The notes under the pieces: model-generated
The model's input: the letters and a program-made list of their open reading frames with translations, nothing else
Told to the model about the DNA's origin: nothing
Database searches by the model: none
From: Eledone cirrhosa
Taxonomy: Eukaryota
DNA: 64,000 nt
Direction: 5' to 3'
Assembly: GCA_964016885.1 (NCBI GenBank)
Contig: CAXHJY010000001.1
Span: forward strand, 682,001 to 746,000
Part shown: piece after piece, positions 48,990 to 61,070 of the stretch
Layout: each line of letters opens with the position of its first letter
How positions within the stretch are numbered: position 1 is the first letter of the stretch
Position numbers and translations under genes: made by a program

Positions 48990-51900
48990 AGGGAAGGGAC
49001 AGGGACCATGATAGTATTTAGGGACTCACTGATTGGTGGAAGAGAAGAGACAGGGACCACGACAGTATTTAGGGACTCACTGATTGGTGGAAGAGAAGAG
49101 ACAGGGACCACAACAGTATTAAGGGACTCACTGATTGGTGGAAGAGAAGAGACAGGGACCACGACAGTATTAAGGGACTCACTGATTGGTGGAAAAGAAG
49201 AGACAGGGACCATGATAGTATTTAGGGACTCACTGATTGGTGGAAGAGAAGAGACAGGGACCACAACAGTATTAAGGGACTCACTGATTGGTGGAAGAGA
49301 AGAGACAGGGAACTCAACAGTATTTAGGGACTCACTGATTGGTGGAAGAGAAGAGACAGGGACCACAACAGTATTAAGGGACTCACTGATTGGTGGAAGA
49401 GAAGAGACAGGGACCACAACAGTATTAAGGGACTCACTGATTGGTGGAAGAGAAGTGACAGGGACCACGACAGTATTTAGGGACTCACTGATTGGTGGAA
49501 GAGAAGAGACAGGGACCATGACAGTATTAAGGGACTCAATGATTGGTGGAAGAGACGAGACAGGGACCACAACAGTATTTAGGGACTCACTGATTGGTGT
49601 AAGAGAAGAGACAGGGACCACGACAGTATTAAGAGACTCACTGATTGGTGGAAGAGAAGAGACAGGGACCACAACAGTATTAAGGGACTCACTGATTGGT
49701 GGAAGAGAAGAGACAGGGACCACAACAGTATTTAGGGACTCACTGATTGGTGGAAGAGAAGAGACAGGGACCACAACAGTATTAAGGGACTCACTGATTG
49801 GTGGAAGAGAAGAGACAGGGACCACAACAGTGTTTAGGGACTCACTGATTGGTGTAAGAGAAGAGACAGGGACCACGACAGTATTAAGAGACTCACTGAT
49901 TGGTGGAAGATAGAGACAGGGACCACGACAGTATTAAGGGACTCACTGATTGGTGGAAGAGAAGAGACAGGGACCACAACAGTATTTAGGGACTCACTGA
50001 TTGGTGGAAGAGAAGAGACAGGGACAACGACAGTATTAAGGGACTCACTGATTGGTGGAAGAGAAGAGACAGGGACAATGATAGTATTTAGGGACTCACT
50101 GATTGGTGGAAGAGAAGAGACAGGGACCACAACAGTATTAAGAGACTCACTGATTGGTGGAAGAGAAGAGACAGGGACAACGACAGTATTAAGGGACTCA
50201 CTGATTGGTGGAAGAGAAGAGACAGGGACAATGATAGTATTTAGGGACTCACTGATTGGTGGAAGAGAAGAGACAGGGACCACAACAGTATTTAGGGACT
50301 CACTGATTGGTGGAAGAGAAGAGACAGGGACCACAACAGTATTAAGAGACTCACTGATTGGTGGAAGAGAAGAGACAGGGACCACGACAGTATTAAGGGA
50401 CTCACTGATTGGTGGAAGAGAAGAGACAGGAACCACAACAGTATTTAGGGACTCACTGATTGGTGGAAGAGAAGAGACAGGGACCACAACAGTATTTAGG
50501 GACTCACTGATTGGTGGAAGAGAAGAGACAGGGACCACGACAGTATTAAGGGACTCACTGATTGGTGGAAGAGAAGAGACAGGGACCACAACAGTATTTA
50601 GGGACTCACTGATTGGTGGAAGAGAAGAGACAGGGACCACAACAGTATTTAGGGACTCACTGATTGGTGGAAGATAGAGACAGGGACCACAACAGTATTA
50701 AGGGACTCACTGATTGGTGGAAGAGAAGAGACAGGGACCACAACAGTATTTAGGGACTCACTGATTGGTGGAAGATAGAGACAGGGACCACGACAGTATT
50801 AAGAGACTCACTGATTGGTGGAAGAGAAGCGACAGGGGCCACAACAATATTTAGGGACTCACTGATTGGTGGAAGATAGAGACAGGGACCACGACAGTAT
50901 TAAGGGACTCACTGATTGGTGGAAGAGAAGAGACAGGGACCACAACAGTATTAAGGGACTCACTGATTGGTGGAAGAGAAGAGACAGGGACCACGACAAT
51001 ATTAAGGGACTCACTGATTGGTGGAAGAGAAGAGACAGGGACCACAACAGTATTAAGGGACTCACTGATTGGTGGAAGAGAAGAGACAGGGACCACGACA
51101 GTATTAAGGGACTCACTGATTGGTGGAAGAGAAGAGACAGGGACCATGACAGTATTAAGGGACTCACTGATTGGTGGAAGAGAAGAGACAGGGACCACAA
51201 CAGTATTAAGGGACTCACTGATTGGTGGAAGAGAAGAGACAGGGACCATGATAGTATTTAGGGACTCACTGATTGGTGGAAGAGAAGAGACAGGGACCAC
51301 AACAGTATTAAGGGACTCACTGATTAGTGGAAGAGAAGAGACAGGGACCACAACAGTATTTAGGACTCACTGATTGGTGGAAGAAGAAAGACAGGGACCA
51401 CAACATATTAAGGACTCACTGATTGTGGAAGAGAAGAGACAGGGACCACAACAGTATTAAGGGACTCACTGATTGGTTGAAGAAAAGAGACAGGGACCAC
51501 GCAGTATTAAGGACTCACTGATTGAGTCTGATCTCTCCTGATTCGAAGAGACAACACTTTCACAACAGTATTAAGGACTCACTGATTGGTGGAAGAGAAG
51601 AGACAGGGACCATGATAGTATTTAGGGACTCACTGATTGGTGGAAGAGAAGAGACAGGGACCACAACAGTATTAAGGACTCACTGATTGGTGAAGAGAAG
51701 CGAAGGGACCTGAACATCACCATATTATTACCTCTCTTTCATTCATGACAACATTTCCACATCAATTATGACTCACTGATTGTAAGAGAAGAGACAGGGA
51801 CCACAACAGTATTAGACTCACTGATTGGTGAAGAGAAGAGACACATGGGACCACAACAGTATTAAGGGACCTCACTGATTGTGAAGAAGACAAGAACAGG

Positions 51901-52005
51901 AACCAACGAAGCAGTATTAAGGACTCACTGATTGGTGAAGAAGAGACAGGACCAGACACGACAGTATTAAGGGACTCACTGATTGTGAAGAAAAGAACAG
52001 GGACC
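48990..52005. repeat. 51-bp minisatellite (~55-59 copies)
   Basis: Unit GAGACAGGGACCACAACAGTATTAAGGGACTCACTGATTGGTGGAAGAGAA; becomes indel-rich after ~51360. Confidence 0.95.
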
Positions 52006-52229
52006 CTAGAATAGACTCAAATTATTGTCCCCGTAACAAAATTCAACCTGAATGAAGGACTCCCAGTGCAAGTATTAGGTCTCCAAGATTATGATAAGGA
52101 ATGAAGTACTACTTAGCTAGTATTAGTATCTTATGACTACGAAGGGAATTAGTGACATTACAAATTATTTAGGGTCTACAAGATTGTCTGAGAGAAGAGA
52201 TGGGTAAATACAAGTATTTTTGACTCTAC

Positions 52230-52695
52230 AGATGGTGTGATGATGATGGTCGGAGGAGGTGGTGATGGTAGGTGGTCTACAGTTTGTTCAGGTGGTGGTG
52301 AGTGGATGGTGGTCGGAGGTGTGTGTGGTGGTGTGTGTGAGGTGGTGGTGGTGGTGTGGTGGTGGCTGGGTGGTGGCGGTGGTGGTGTCGGTGGTGTGGT
52401 GGTGGCGGTGTGGCGGTGTGTGTGGGTTGGTGGGATGGCTGGTGTGGCTGGTGGTGGTGGTGGCGGTGGTGATGAGGGTGGTGTTGTGTGGTATGCGGTG
52501 GCGGTGGTGCGGTGGTGGAGGTGAGGTGGGTGCGGTGGTGTGCTGGTGGTGGTGCGTGTGCTGTGTGGTGGTGGTGATCGGTGTGAGGTTGGTGAGTGGG
52601 TGCGATGGTGGTGTGGTGGTGGTGGGTGATGGTGGTGGTGTGATGGTGGTGGTGGTGGTGGTGGTGGTGGTGGTGGTGTGTGATAAGAATGATGG

Positions 52696-52726
<31 letters not shown>

Positions 52727-52860
52727 GGTGGTGGTGCTGGTGGTGGTGATGATGGTGGTGGTGGTGGTGCTGGTGGTGGTGGTGGTGCTGGTGATGTTGG
52801 TGGTGGTTGTGAGGAGGACAATGGTGATGATGGTGATGGTGTGGTGGTGGTGGTAATGTT
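52230..52860. repeat. Degenerate (GGT)n low-complexity tract
   Basis: Direct reading. Confidence 0.9.
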
Positions 52861-52884
52861 GGTACATAATGTCCAATATTTGAG

Positions 52885-53018
52885 AGTGTCGTCAAGGTAA
52901 CTACGGCCTCAACTGTAAAGAAACCTGCCACTGTGCTGATGTCACCACAACTTCATCACAGGTGTGTGTTCCAGTGGAGGTTGTCAACCCAGTTACCAGG
53001 GACCTGACTGTCACCACG
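52885..53018 (+). CDS. EGF-like exon with apparent 4-bp deletion (134 bp)
   Basis: CRQGNYGLNCKETCHCADVT / NFITGVCSSGGCQPSYQGPDCHH|GTATGT; the two halves are in different frames. Confidence 0.75.
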
Positions 53019-53104
53019 GTATGTATATTATGATGTATATTACAGTATATATATGTGTGTGTGTATACATATATATGTGTGTGTGTGTGTATATATATAC
53101 ACAC

Positions 53105-54338
53105 ACGCAAAGATATACAATCTCATGCTGTTTGACAGAATAAGATCTGTCATTGACCCCTTGCTGAGAAAAAACCAAAAGGGCTTCCGCACCAACAGAT
53201 CAACATCAGGGCAAATACTTACTATTCGGCGTATCTTGGAAGGTGTAAAAGCCCAAACCTCCCAGCAACTCTCCTGTTTATTGACTTTTCAAAAGCATTC
53301 GATTCCATCCATCGTGGGAGGATGAGAGAGATACTTCTAGCCTACGGCTTGCCAAGGGAAACAGTAAATGCCATCATGATGTTATATAAAAACACCTGCG
53401 CAATGGTGCGCTCACCTGATGGAGATACCAACTTCTTTGACATCATTGCAGGAGTACTCCAAGGGGATACTCTTGCACCATACATTTTTTATCATCTGCC
53501 TCGACTATGTATTGAGAAAAGCCCTGGACGAAAACTTAGAGCTTGGTTTCACTCTCACAAAGTGAAAGTGTAGACGCCATGCAGCTCAGAAAATCACCGA
53601 TGCTGACTATGCGGATGATTTAGCGGTCCTCGCTGACTACCTTAAGGATGCAACATCACTACTTCACAGCATCGAATCAGTTGCAAAGGAAATCCGACTC
53701 TATGTCAACACAGGCAAAACAGAATATATTTGCCTGAACCAAGACTCCTCAGTTGGTATGCGAAGTCTAAACGGCGATATAATCAAGCAAGTTGACGACT
53801 TCAAATACCTGGGTAGCTATATCGCCTCCACAGAACATGATGTTAACAACAGACTGGGAAAAGCCTGGGGAGCATTGAATGCAATGGAGAAGATATAGAA
53901 ATCAAACCTGCCGGTCAAACTGAAAAGGAATTTCTTCAGAGCTGCTGTGGAGTCTGTGTTTGTTTATGGCTCTATCACTTGGACGCTAACGTCAAAACTG
54001 GAGAAAAAGCTAGACGGGGCATACACACGTATGCTCCACGCTGCTTTAAATGTGTCTTCGAGGGAACACCCAACAAATAAGGATCTCTATGGCAATATAC
54101 CACCTATCAGGAGGTCAATACGTGGACAGAGACTCAGATTTGCTGGCCACTGTTGGCGCAGCAAGGAAGAAATAGCAGGTGATGTGTTGTTATAGCAGGT
54201 GATGTGTTGTTATACGTCAAGCAACTTGAGGATGATACTGGATGCACTGCGGAAGAACTGGCAAACGCTATGAGAGACAGAGATGGATGGAGGAAACGTG
54301 TCGTAGAAAGCCGAGCAAGCTCGACCTGATGATGATGA
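53105..54338 (+). mobile_element. 5'-truncated LINE of a second RTE-like family, frameshifted
   Basis: NQKGFR.NRST, DFSKAFDS, GVLQGDTLAP, DYADD and FKYLGS; (GAT)n tail. Confidence 0.85.
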
Positions 54339-54378
54339 GGTGTGTACATATATATATATATATATGTGTATACATATG

Positions 54379-54410
<32 letters not shown>

Positions 54411-54424
54411 GGTGTGTATATATA

Positions 54425-54469
<45 letters not shown>

Positions 54470-54514
54470 ATACATATGTGTATATATATATATGTGTGTG
54501 GGTGTGTATATATA

Positions 54515-54546
<32 letters not shown>

Positions 54547-54672
54547 ATTGGTGTTGGATGCTTAAAGTGTCCGTATGAGGTAGGCCATTTGAGCACTCAA
54601 TGCTCTCATAGAGCAGAGTATGATGTCACAGAAAAGAAGGGAATCAGTGTTGCGACGAATGGAATTTATTGG

Positions 54673-54766
54673 ACATATTACAATTGTTTCTCTGGCGACC
54701 AGCCCGAGGCACGATCGATGTGATGATCAAACCTGACTCTGAAAATCGCAAGGTCCTCAGATACGT
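54673..54766 (-). ncRNA. Type I hammerhead ribozyme motif (minimal stem III)
   Basis: Minus strand reads ACGTAT-CTGAGGA-[imperfect stem II]-GAAA-CAATTG-TA-ATATGT. Confidence 0.65.
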
Positions 54767-54825
54767 TTTGATTCTATGAAGCAGATTTTCCTATCTTTTT
54801 TTCTGTGATATATATATAAATATAT

Positions 54826-57470
54826 ATCATCATCATCATCATCATCACCGTTTTACGTCCGTTCTTCCACGCTAGCATGGGTTAGACGGGTTGTCCTGTT
54901 GTGGGCAGTGTCTGGTCGGCTGACCATGCCTTGCTCATACAGGAACTGATCTGGCTTGATTTCTACAGCTGGATGCCCTTCCTAACACCAACCTCATTTA
55001 CAGTGAGTGCTGGGTGCTTTTTTGTGGCGCCTACACGTCCACTTTACAGTGTGGGCTGGGTGCTTTTTTGCCGTGGCACCTCCACGACCACCTTGCGGTG
55101 GGGGGGGGGGGCATATTGTTTATATGCTTCAGCATGTACCCATGGGAGGTCGGGTACCCTGTATTACTGCGTGACGCCAGAAGTCACGGTCGTGTGTCAT
55201 TGACTTTGAGAGGTGTAGTTGGGTAAGGTCGGCTTTTATCACCTCATCCCAAGTCATCTTGGGTCTCCCCACTCCGCGGTTTCCATCAACTTCTAGTGCT
55301 CTGCACCTTTTTATGCAGCTGTCATCCTTCATACGCATCACATGTCCATACCAGCGTAACCGCCTCTCCTGCACGCAGCATTTGATTCCTCTTATGCTCA
55401 GTCTCTCTCTCAATTCATTTATGCTTTGTCGTTCACGTATATTACTGTTACACATCCATCGGAGCATGCAGGCTTCGTTTCTCTCTAATCTACGTAAGTC
55501 TTCCACCTTCAGCGCCCAGGTCTCACTACCATGCAACATCGCTGTTCGGATACACGCATCATACAGTCTGCCTTTCATTCTGAGGGAGAAGCCTTTTGCA
55601 GCTAGCAGTGGTAGTAGTTCCCTAAACTTCTTCCATCCCGTTCTTACCCTAGTTATTGTACTTTCTGCGCACCCACCTCCGTTGCTAATTCGGTCACCTA
55701 GGTAGCAGAAGCTGTCTACTGTTTCTACAGGGCCCTCCCAGAGATTGGTGGTACTTGTTTCCTGTGGCTGTTTGCTTGCTGTTTCAGCACAGCTGCTGCA
55801 TGTGAATCCTACATTCTTAATTAAGCTTCCTGAGATCCCGCTACATCTCTTGTGTACCCATTGTTTGCATTTGGGGCAAAGAATGGAGTTCCTACCTACA
55901 CCTTTCCTACATACTGAGCAAGGCCATTTCCCTGAGGGGATCTGGGTTCTGTTTTCTCGTCTACTTATAAGGACCTTAGTCTTTGTCATGTTGACTTTGA
56001 GGCCCTTTCTCTCTAGTCCCTGCTTCCAGGTTTGGAATTTATTCTCTAGTTCTACCATAGATTCAGCTATGAGTGCGAGGTCATCAGCATACAGGAGTTC
56101 CCATGGGCATCCGGTCTTAAACTCCTCTGTTATTGCCTGCAGGACTATGATGAACAGGAGAGGGCTAAGAACAGAGCCCTGGTGGACCCCAACCTGTACG
56201 CTAAATTCCTCGCTATACTCATTGCCAATCCTAACTTTGCTGACTGCTCCCCTATACATGGCTTGTACCGCTTTCACAAGCCATTCATCTACTCCTAGTT
56301 TTCTAAGAGCCCACCAGATTACTGCACGTGGAACTCTGTCAAAGGCTTTCTCAAGGTCGACAAATGCCAAGTAGAGTGGCTTACTTTTAGCTAGGTACTT
56401 TTCTTGTAATTGCCTCACAAGGAAGAGCGCATCAGTGGTGCCTTTCCCTGGTACAAACCCAAATTGCATCTCGTCTATATTCACCCGGTCCCTAATCAGC
56501 TGTGCTATAACTCTTTCTGTTACTTTCATGACCTGGTCCATCAACTTTATACCTCTATAGTTTCCTCTATCTAGTGCATCGCCTTTACCTTTGTAGCAGT
56601 TGACAATGATGCTACTGCACCAATCTTTTGGTATGGCCCCCTCTAGTATTACCTGGTTAACGATACGTGTGGTTATAGTGTGACCTACAGACCCAGATGC
56701 CTTCAGCATCTCGGCAGCTATACCCGATGGACCGGTTGCCTTCCCTATCTTCATATCTCTGATTGCCTTACTTACTACGCTGCCGCTGACTTGTACTGCT
56801 GGTCCCTCTATAGGGTCTACGTGGGGTAGGGTCTCTTCTTCCCATGCATTCTCCTCATTTAGTAATCTATCATAATGACTCTTCCATGCATCTTTCTTCT
56901 CAGCACTTGTGAGGGCAAGCTCACCTTTATCATTCCGGATACACTTCTCTCCAATGACATCACAACTATCTCTGACACACTGCCTCGCAATCTTGAATAC
57001 CTCCTGTTTCTGGTCCTCACGTTGTAAAACATGCTTGAATTTTCTATCCTCTGCTTCCCTCCTAGCTAAGTATACTTGTCGCCTAGCTTCCCTCTTGGTC
57101 TCTATGTAATGTACCCTGCTCCCCCCGTTCTTCCATTCTTTCCATGCCTGTCTCTTGGCCTTGACTGCTTCATCTACCTTATTGTTCCACCACCAAGTCA
57201 CTCTCCTCCTGCTTGAGGTCTTACTCCAGCCACAAACCTCATCCGTCGCCTCTAGTAAGTTATTTTTTAGGAACTCCCAGTTCTCTTCTACGTTAAATGT
57301 CTCTATCTGTTCTTCTTTACTGTCGTAGGTGTTGAGTAAAATATCTTTAAATCTGTTACTGGTTGAGGGGACTTTCAGCTTCCAGATCTTTCTTCTCCAG
57401 GTTGGCCTCTGTTTCAGGGCTCGTCTAGTTCTGACCGTGAGGTCGCTGACAACTAAGCTATGTTGGGATG
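54826..57470 (-). mobile_element. 5'-truncated RTE-clade LINE with uninterrupted RT ORF
   Basis: ORF 55129-57537 (real homology starts at SQHSLVV) with YADD and a PHD-like insert; (GAT)n tail; both ends lie in (TA)n. Confidence 0.93.
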
Positions 57471-57754
57471 TACATATATATATATATTTATATATACATA
57501 TATATGTGTGTGTGTGTGTATAATAATAATAATACAATGACGATTTGTTAAGCCTTCATTACATTTATTGATTGGTGATGCACGTTTTGCTATTGCTCAG
57601 CTCAAAGTTTGATCAGTATTGATCTAGCCAGACTGAGGAATCAAAAGGTCGTCGGACCTCTGCTGTTGTAATGATGGACGAGAATCTAAAGATTGAGTGC
57701 TCACCTGGGTGAACCTACAGTAACTTCATGTTACACTCCCTGGATATATATATA

Positions 57755-58082
57755 TATATCAACTAGAAATAGATTGACATAGATATATATTTAAAATAAA
57801 CACATGAAACAATGACAGGGGATAATTTGTAAAGTGTGTAATCACACATAGCTAGGTAGGTAACTAATTAAAGTTTAACTAGAGCTTCAAATATTACCTT
57901 TTTAAAAAATAATTAAAAAATGATTAATTTTTTAAAAAGGAAATATTTGAAGCTCTAGTTAAACTTTAATTAGTTACCTACCTAGCTATGTGTGATTACA
58001 CACTTTACAAATTATACCCTGTCATTGTTTCATGTGTTTATTTTAAATATATATATATGTCAATCTATTTCTAGTTGATATA
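57755..58082. repeat. Long inverted repeat (~155-bp arms)
   Basis: ATATCAACTAGAAATAGATTGACAT... mirrored as ...ATGTCAATCTATTTCTAGTTGATAT. Confidence 0.92.
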
Positions 58083-58224
58083 AAATGCTCGGATCTATTC
58101 ATTGAAATCTTTGAGCTTATTCTACGGTGGATATGGCGCATGTCTTGGACATGACTCCCTTAATCTAATTTAATTTAATTTAATTAATTTTGAATATATA
58201 TATATATATATATATGTATATAGA

Positions 58225-58404
58225 TATAAATAATTACAACAGTGACATAAACAGGTACTCAAGTTTCGTTGGGTTCTCGGCCCCAAATTTCTTCAGCCTG
58301 TCATGAGGAAAATGGAAAACATCTCATGACAGGCTGAAGAAATTGGGGCCCAGAACCCATTCAAACTTGAGTACCTGTTTATGTCACTGTTGTAATTATT
58401 TATA
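58225..58404. repeat. Inverted repeat (~83-bp arms), each arm with a degenerate hammerhead motif
   Basis: ACAGG-CTGAAGA...(G/C)AAA-CTTGAG-TA-CCTGT on - (58251-58301) and + (58329-58378). Confidence 0.8.
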
Positions 58405-58536
58405 CTAAACTCGTCCTATGGACTGAGTGCTCTTACTCTTGGATATTTCCACTTAACTTTTACTTCAGTATATATGTATATATATATGTGTATATATATA
58501 TATATGTATATATATGTGTATATATATATATGTATA

Positions 58537-58582
<46 letters not shown>

Positions 58583-58676
58583 ATAGTGCAGGTCTTCATA
58601 GGTTTTACAAACATCAAACATGTTACCTGAAAAAAGTGAGTGAATATTAGAAGTGAATTTTAAATATTTTCTATAG

Positions 58677-58814
58677 TGTGTCCTGTAGGAAAGTTTGGTC
58701 CCAGCTGTAGTAGAAATTGTCACTGTGCAGACAACAGCAAATGTAACACAGAGACAGGTGTGTGTTACAGTGGAGGGTGTACTGCTGGTTATGAAGGTAG
58801 CAACTGTCAGACAG
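58677..58814 (+). CDS. EGF-like exon (138 bp, phase 1-1)
   Basis: TAG|..CPVGKFGPSCSRNCHCADNSKCNTETGVCYSGGCTAGYEGSNCQT|GTAAGT. Confidence 0.92.
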
Positions 58815-59036
58815 GTAAGTGGTGTAATGTAGCTATATATATATGTATGTATCATCATCATCATCAATTAACGTCTATCTTCCATGCTAGCATGGGTTAG
58901 ACAGGGTTGTCCCATTTAGAGGCATGTTGGGTCAAGTGACCATGTCTCGCTCATATACGAGAGTTTCTGACTGTTTTTTTACGGCTGGATGCCCTTCCCA
59001 ACGCCAACCACTGATCTGAAATATTTGAAATATTTG

Positions 59037-59077
<41 letters not shown>

Positions 59078-59080
<3 letters not shown>

Positions 59081-59645
59081 ATTGTGTATACATATAGTTA
59101 TTCTTTTAATTTCCAATTGAGTTCTTATACACGTGGTTAATAGCTAACAGGTTTAAATGACCAGCGTGTATATTGTTTTATTTTAAGATGACCTCCCCTT
59201 ACCCTCTTGGGGACAGCGTGTATTTTATCTTTGAGAGGACTGCTGGATTTTCTAAGCGCTGGATCTTCTTAGCGCTGAGGGAGACCATCACTAATCTATT
59301 AATGTCGATATAATTCTTATATCGATATTATTTGGGCATCCACTGATGAGTTTATAAGAGCCCGCTTGTGTATAAAACTATGGATTATATACAAGTTTCT
59401 ACATAACCTGGAAATTATTTATCCCGAATTGTAGAAATCTTATAAGGAAACGGCCGTCTGGAAGGAAAGAGATATTTAGTTAATAATGTCTCATATAAAA
59501 TAATACAACCAGCTATCCACGAAATACTGATTAGTTAGCACCCCAAACACTAAATTAGGAAAATACTTAGGTATATCCTAATGTTTGTTGAGTGAGATGG
59601 AGTTGGTCAGAGTATCGCTTAAGGCTTTCTCTGTTTATGTATTGA
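59078..59645 (+). repeat. ~570-bp direct repeat, copy 1 (Penelope pseudo-LTR/retrozyme-like)
   Basis: Highly similar to 60382-60952; contains a hammerhead. Confidence 0.85.
59339..59462 (+). ncRNA. Type I hammerhead ribozyme motif with branched stem II
   Basis: TCCA-CTGATGA-GTTTATAAGA...TCTTATAAG-GAAA-CGGCCG-TC-TGGA. Confidence 0.75.
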
Positions 59646-59700
59646 ATATATACTCTTGGTGGCCAGATATGATTTCCAGATATAAGGTATGACTCTCTTT

Positions 59701-60250
59701 CATCATCATCATCATCATCATTATCATCGTTTAACGTCCATCTTCCACGCTTGCATGGGTTTTGACGGGAGTTTTCCCACTTGAGGCAATATTCGTTGTC
59801 CTGCTCGTATAGGACTGACTGGCAAGTTTTCTATGGCTGGATGCCCTTCCTAACACCAACCACGTTTACAGTGTGGACTGGGAGGTTTTTACCGTGTTAC
59901 CTACACGGCCACATTACAGCGTGGACTGTGTGTTTTTTCTGTTGTGACACCTACACAACCTCATTTGTTTCGGACTGGATGTTGTGGTACCAACATAACT
60001 TCACATTTAAGGGGGTGGTGTGGATGGGGTGGGGTAGTGGGACAGGGGTGTATTTTGTTAGAGGTGCCTACTGACTGTAGGTTTCGCTTTGTACTTAGGC
60101 AAGGCGGGTCTTCTGTGTGGCGCCAAAGATCTCGGTCCAGTGACATTGTCTTGGAGAGGTGTGAGGTCGGAATTTATCAAGTCATCCCAGGTTTTTCTGA
60201 GTCTGCCTGCTCCGTGGCTACTGTTTATTTTTATCACCCTGCACTTTATT
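59701..60250 (-). mobile_element. RTE 3' fragment
   Basis: (CAT)n start; matches 22320-22860 with deletions. Confidence 0.85.
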
Positions 60251-60381
60251 ATTATTATTTTTTATATGAAATACTGATTGATCTTCCTTGTATCCCATGT
60301 CTGATTTAGCCTTAGAGAGTGGCTGTGTGTGTATATGGGGGATCCATACATGTATTTATTATGTGTTATCTCTATGTGTGC

Positions 60382-60952
60382 ATTGGTTGTGTATACATAT
60401 AGTTATTCTTTTACTATCCAATTGAGTTCTTATACATGTGGTTAATACCTAACAGGTTTAAATGACCAGCGTATATATTGTTTTATTTTAAGATGACCTC
60501 CCTTTACCCTCTTGGGGACAGCGTGTATTTTATCTTTGAGAGGACTGCTGGATTTTCTGAACTACCAGTCTCTTCTTAGCGTTGAGGGAGACCATCACTA
60601 ATCTATTAATGTCGATATAATTCTTATATCGATATTATTTGGGCATCCACTGATGAGTTTATAAGAGCCCACTTGTGTATAAAACTATGGATTATATACA
60701 AGTTTCTACATAACCTGAAAATTATTTATTCCAAATTGTAGAAATCTTATAATGAAACGGCCGTCTGGAGGGAAAGAGATATTTATTTAATAATGTCTCA
60801 TATAAAATAATACAACCAGCTATCCACGAAATACTGATTAGTTAGCACCCCAAACACTAAATTGGGATAATACTTAGGTATATCCTAATGTTTGTTGAGT
60901 GAGATGGTGTTGGTCAGAGTATCGCTTAAGGCTTTCTCTGTTTATGTATTGA
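60382..60952 (+). repeat. ~570-bp direct repeat, copy 2
   Basis: Highly similar to 59078-59645. Confidence 0.85.
60646..60769 (+). ncRNA. Type I hammerhead ribozyme motif with branched stem II
   Basis: TCCA-CTGATGA-GTTTATAAGA...TCTTATAAT-GAAA-CGGCCG-TC-TGGA. Confidence 0.78.
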
Positions 60953-60992
<40 letters not shown>

Positions 60993-61070
60993 CTCTTATC
61001 TTATTGAGCCCTCTCCAGATTTTGGTGTTTCTATTTATTATTAACTACTCTCTCACTTCTCTCTCTCTCT

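Noticed and set aside
48977-51373. Long repeat ORFs on both strands as genes
   Set aside because: The 51-bp unit simply lacks stops; sporadic 1-bp deletions break the frame.
52176-52931. His/Pro/Gly-rich ORFs
   Set aside because: Translations of a (GGT)n low-complexity tract.
54134-54723. Tyr/Ile/Val-rich ORFs
   Set aside because: Microsatellite translations.
57624-57660. CTGAGGA core-like motif
   Set aside because: No stem II or GAAA arrangement.
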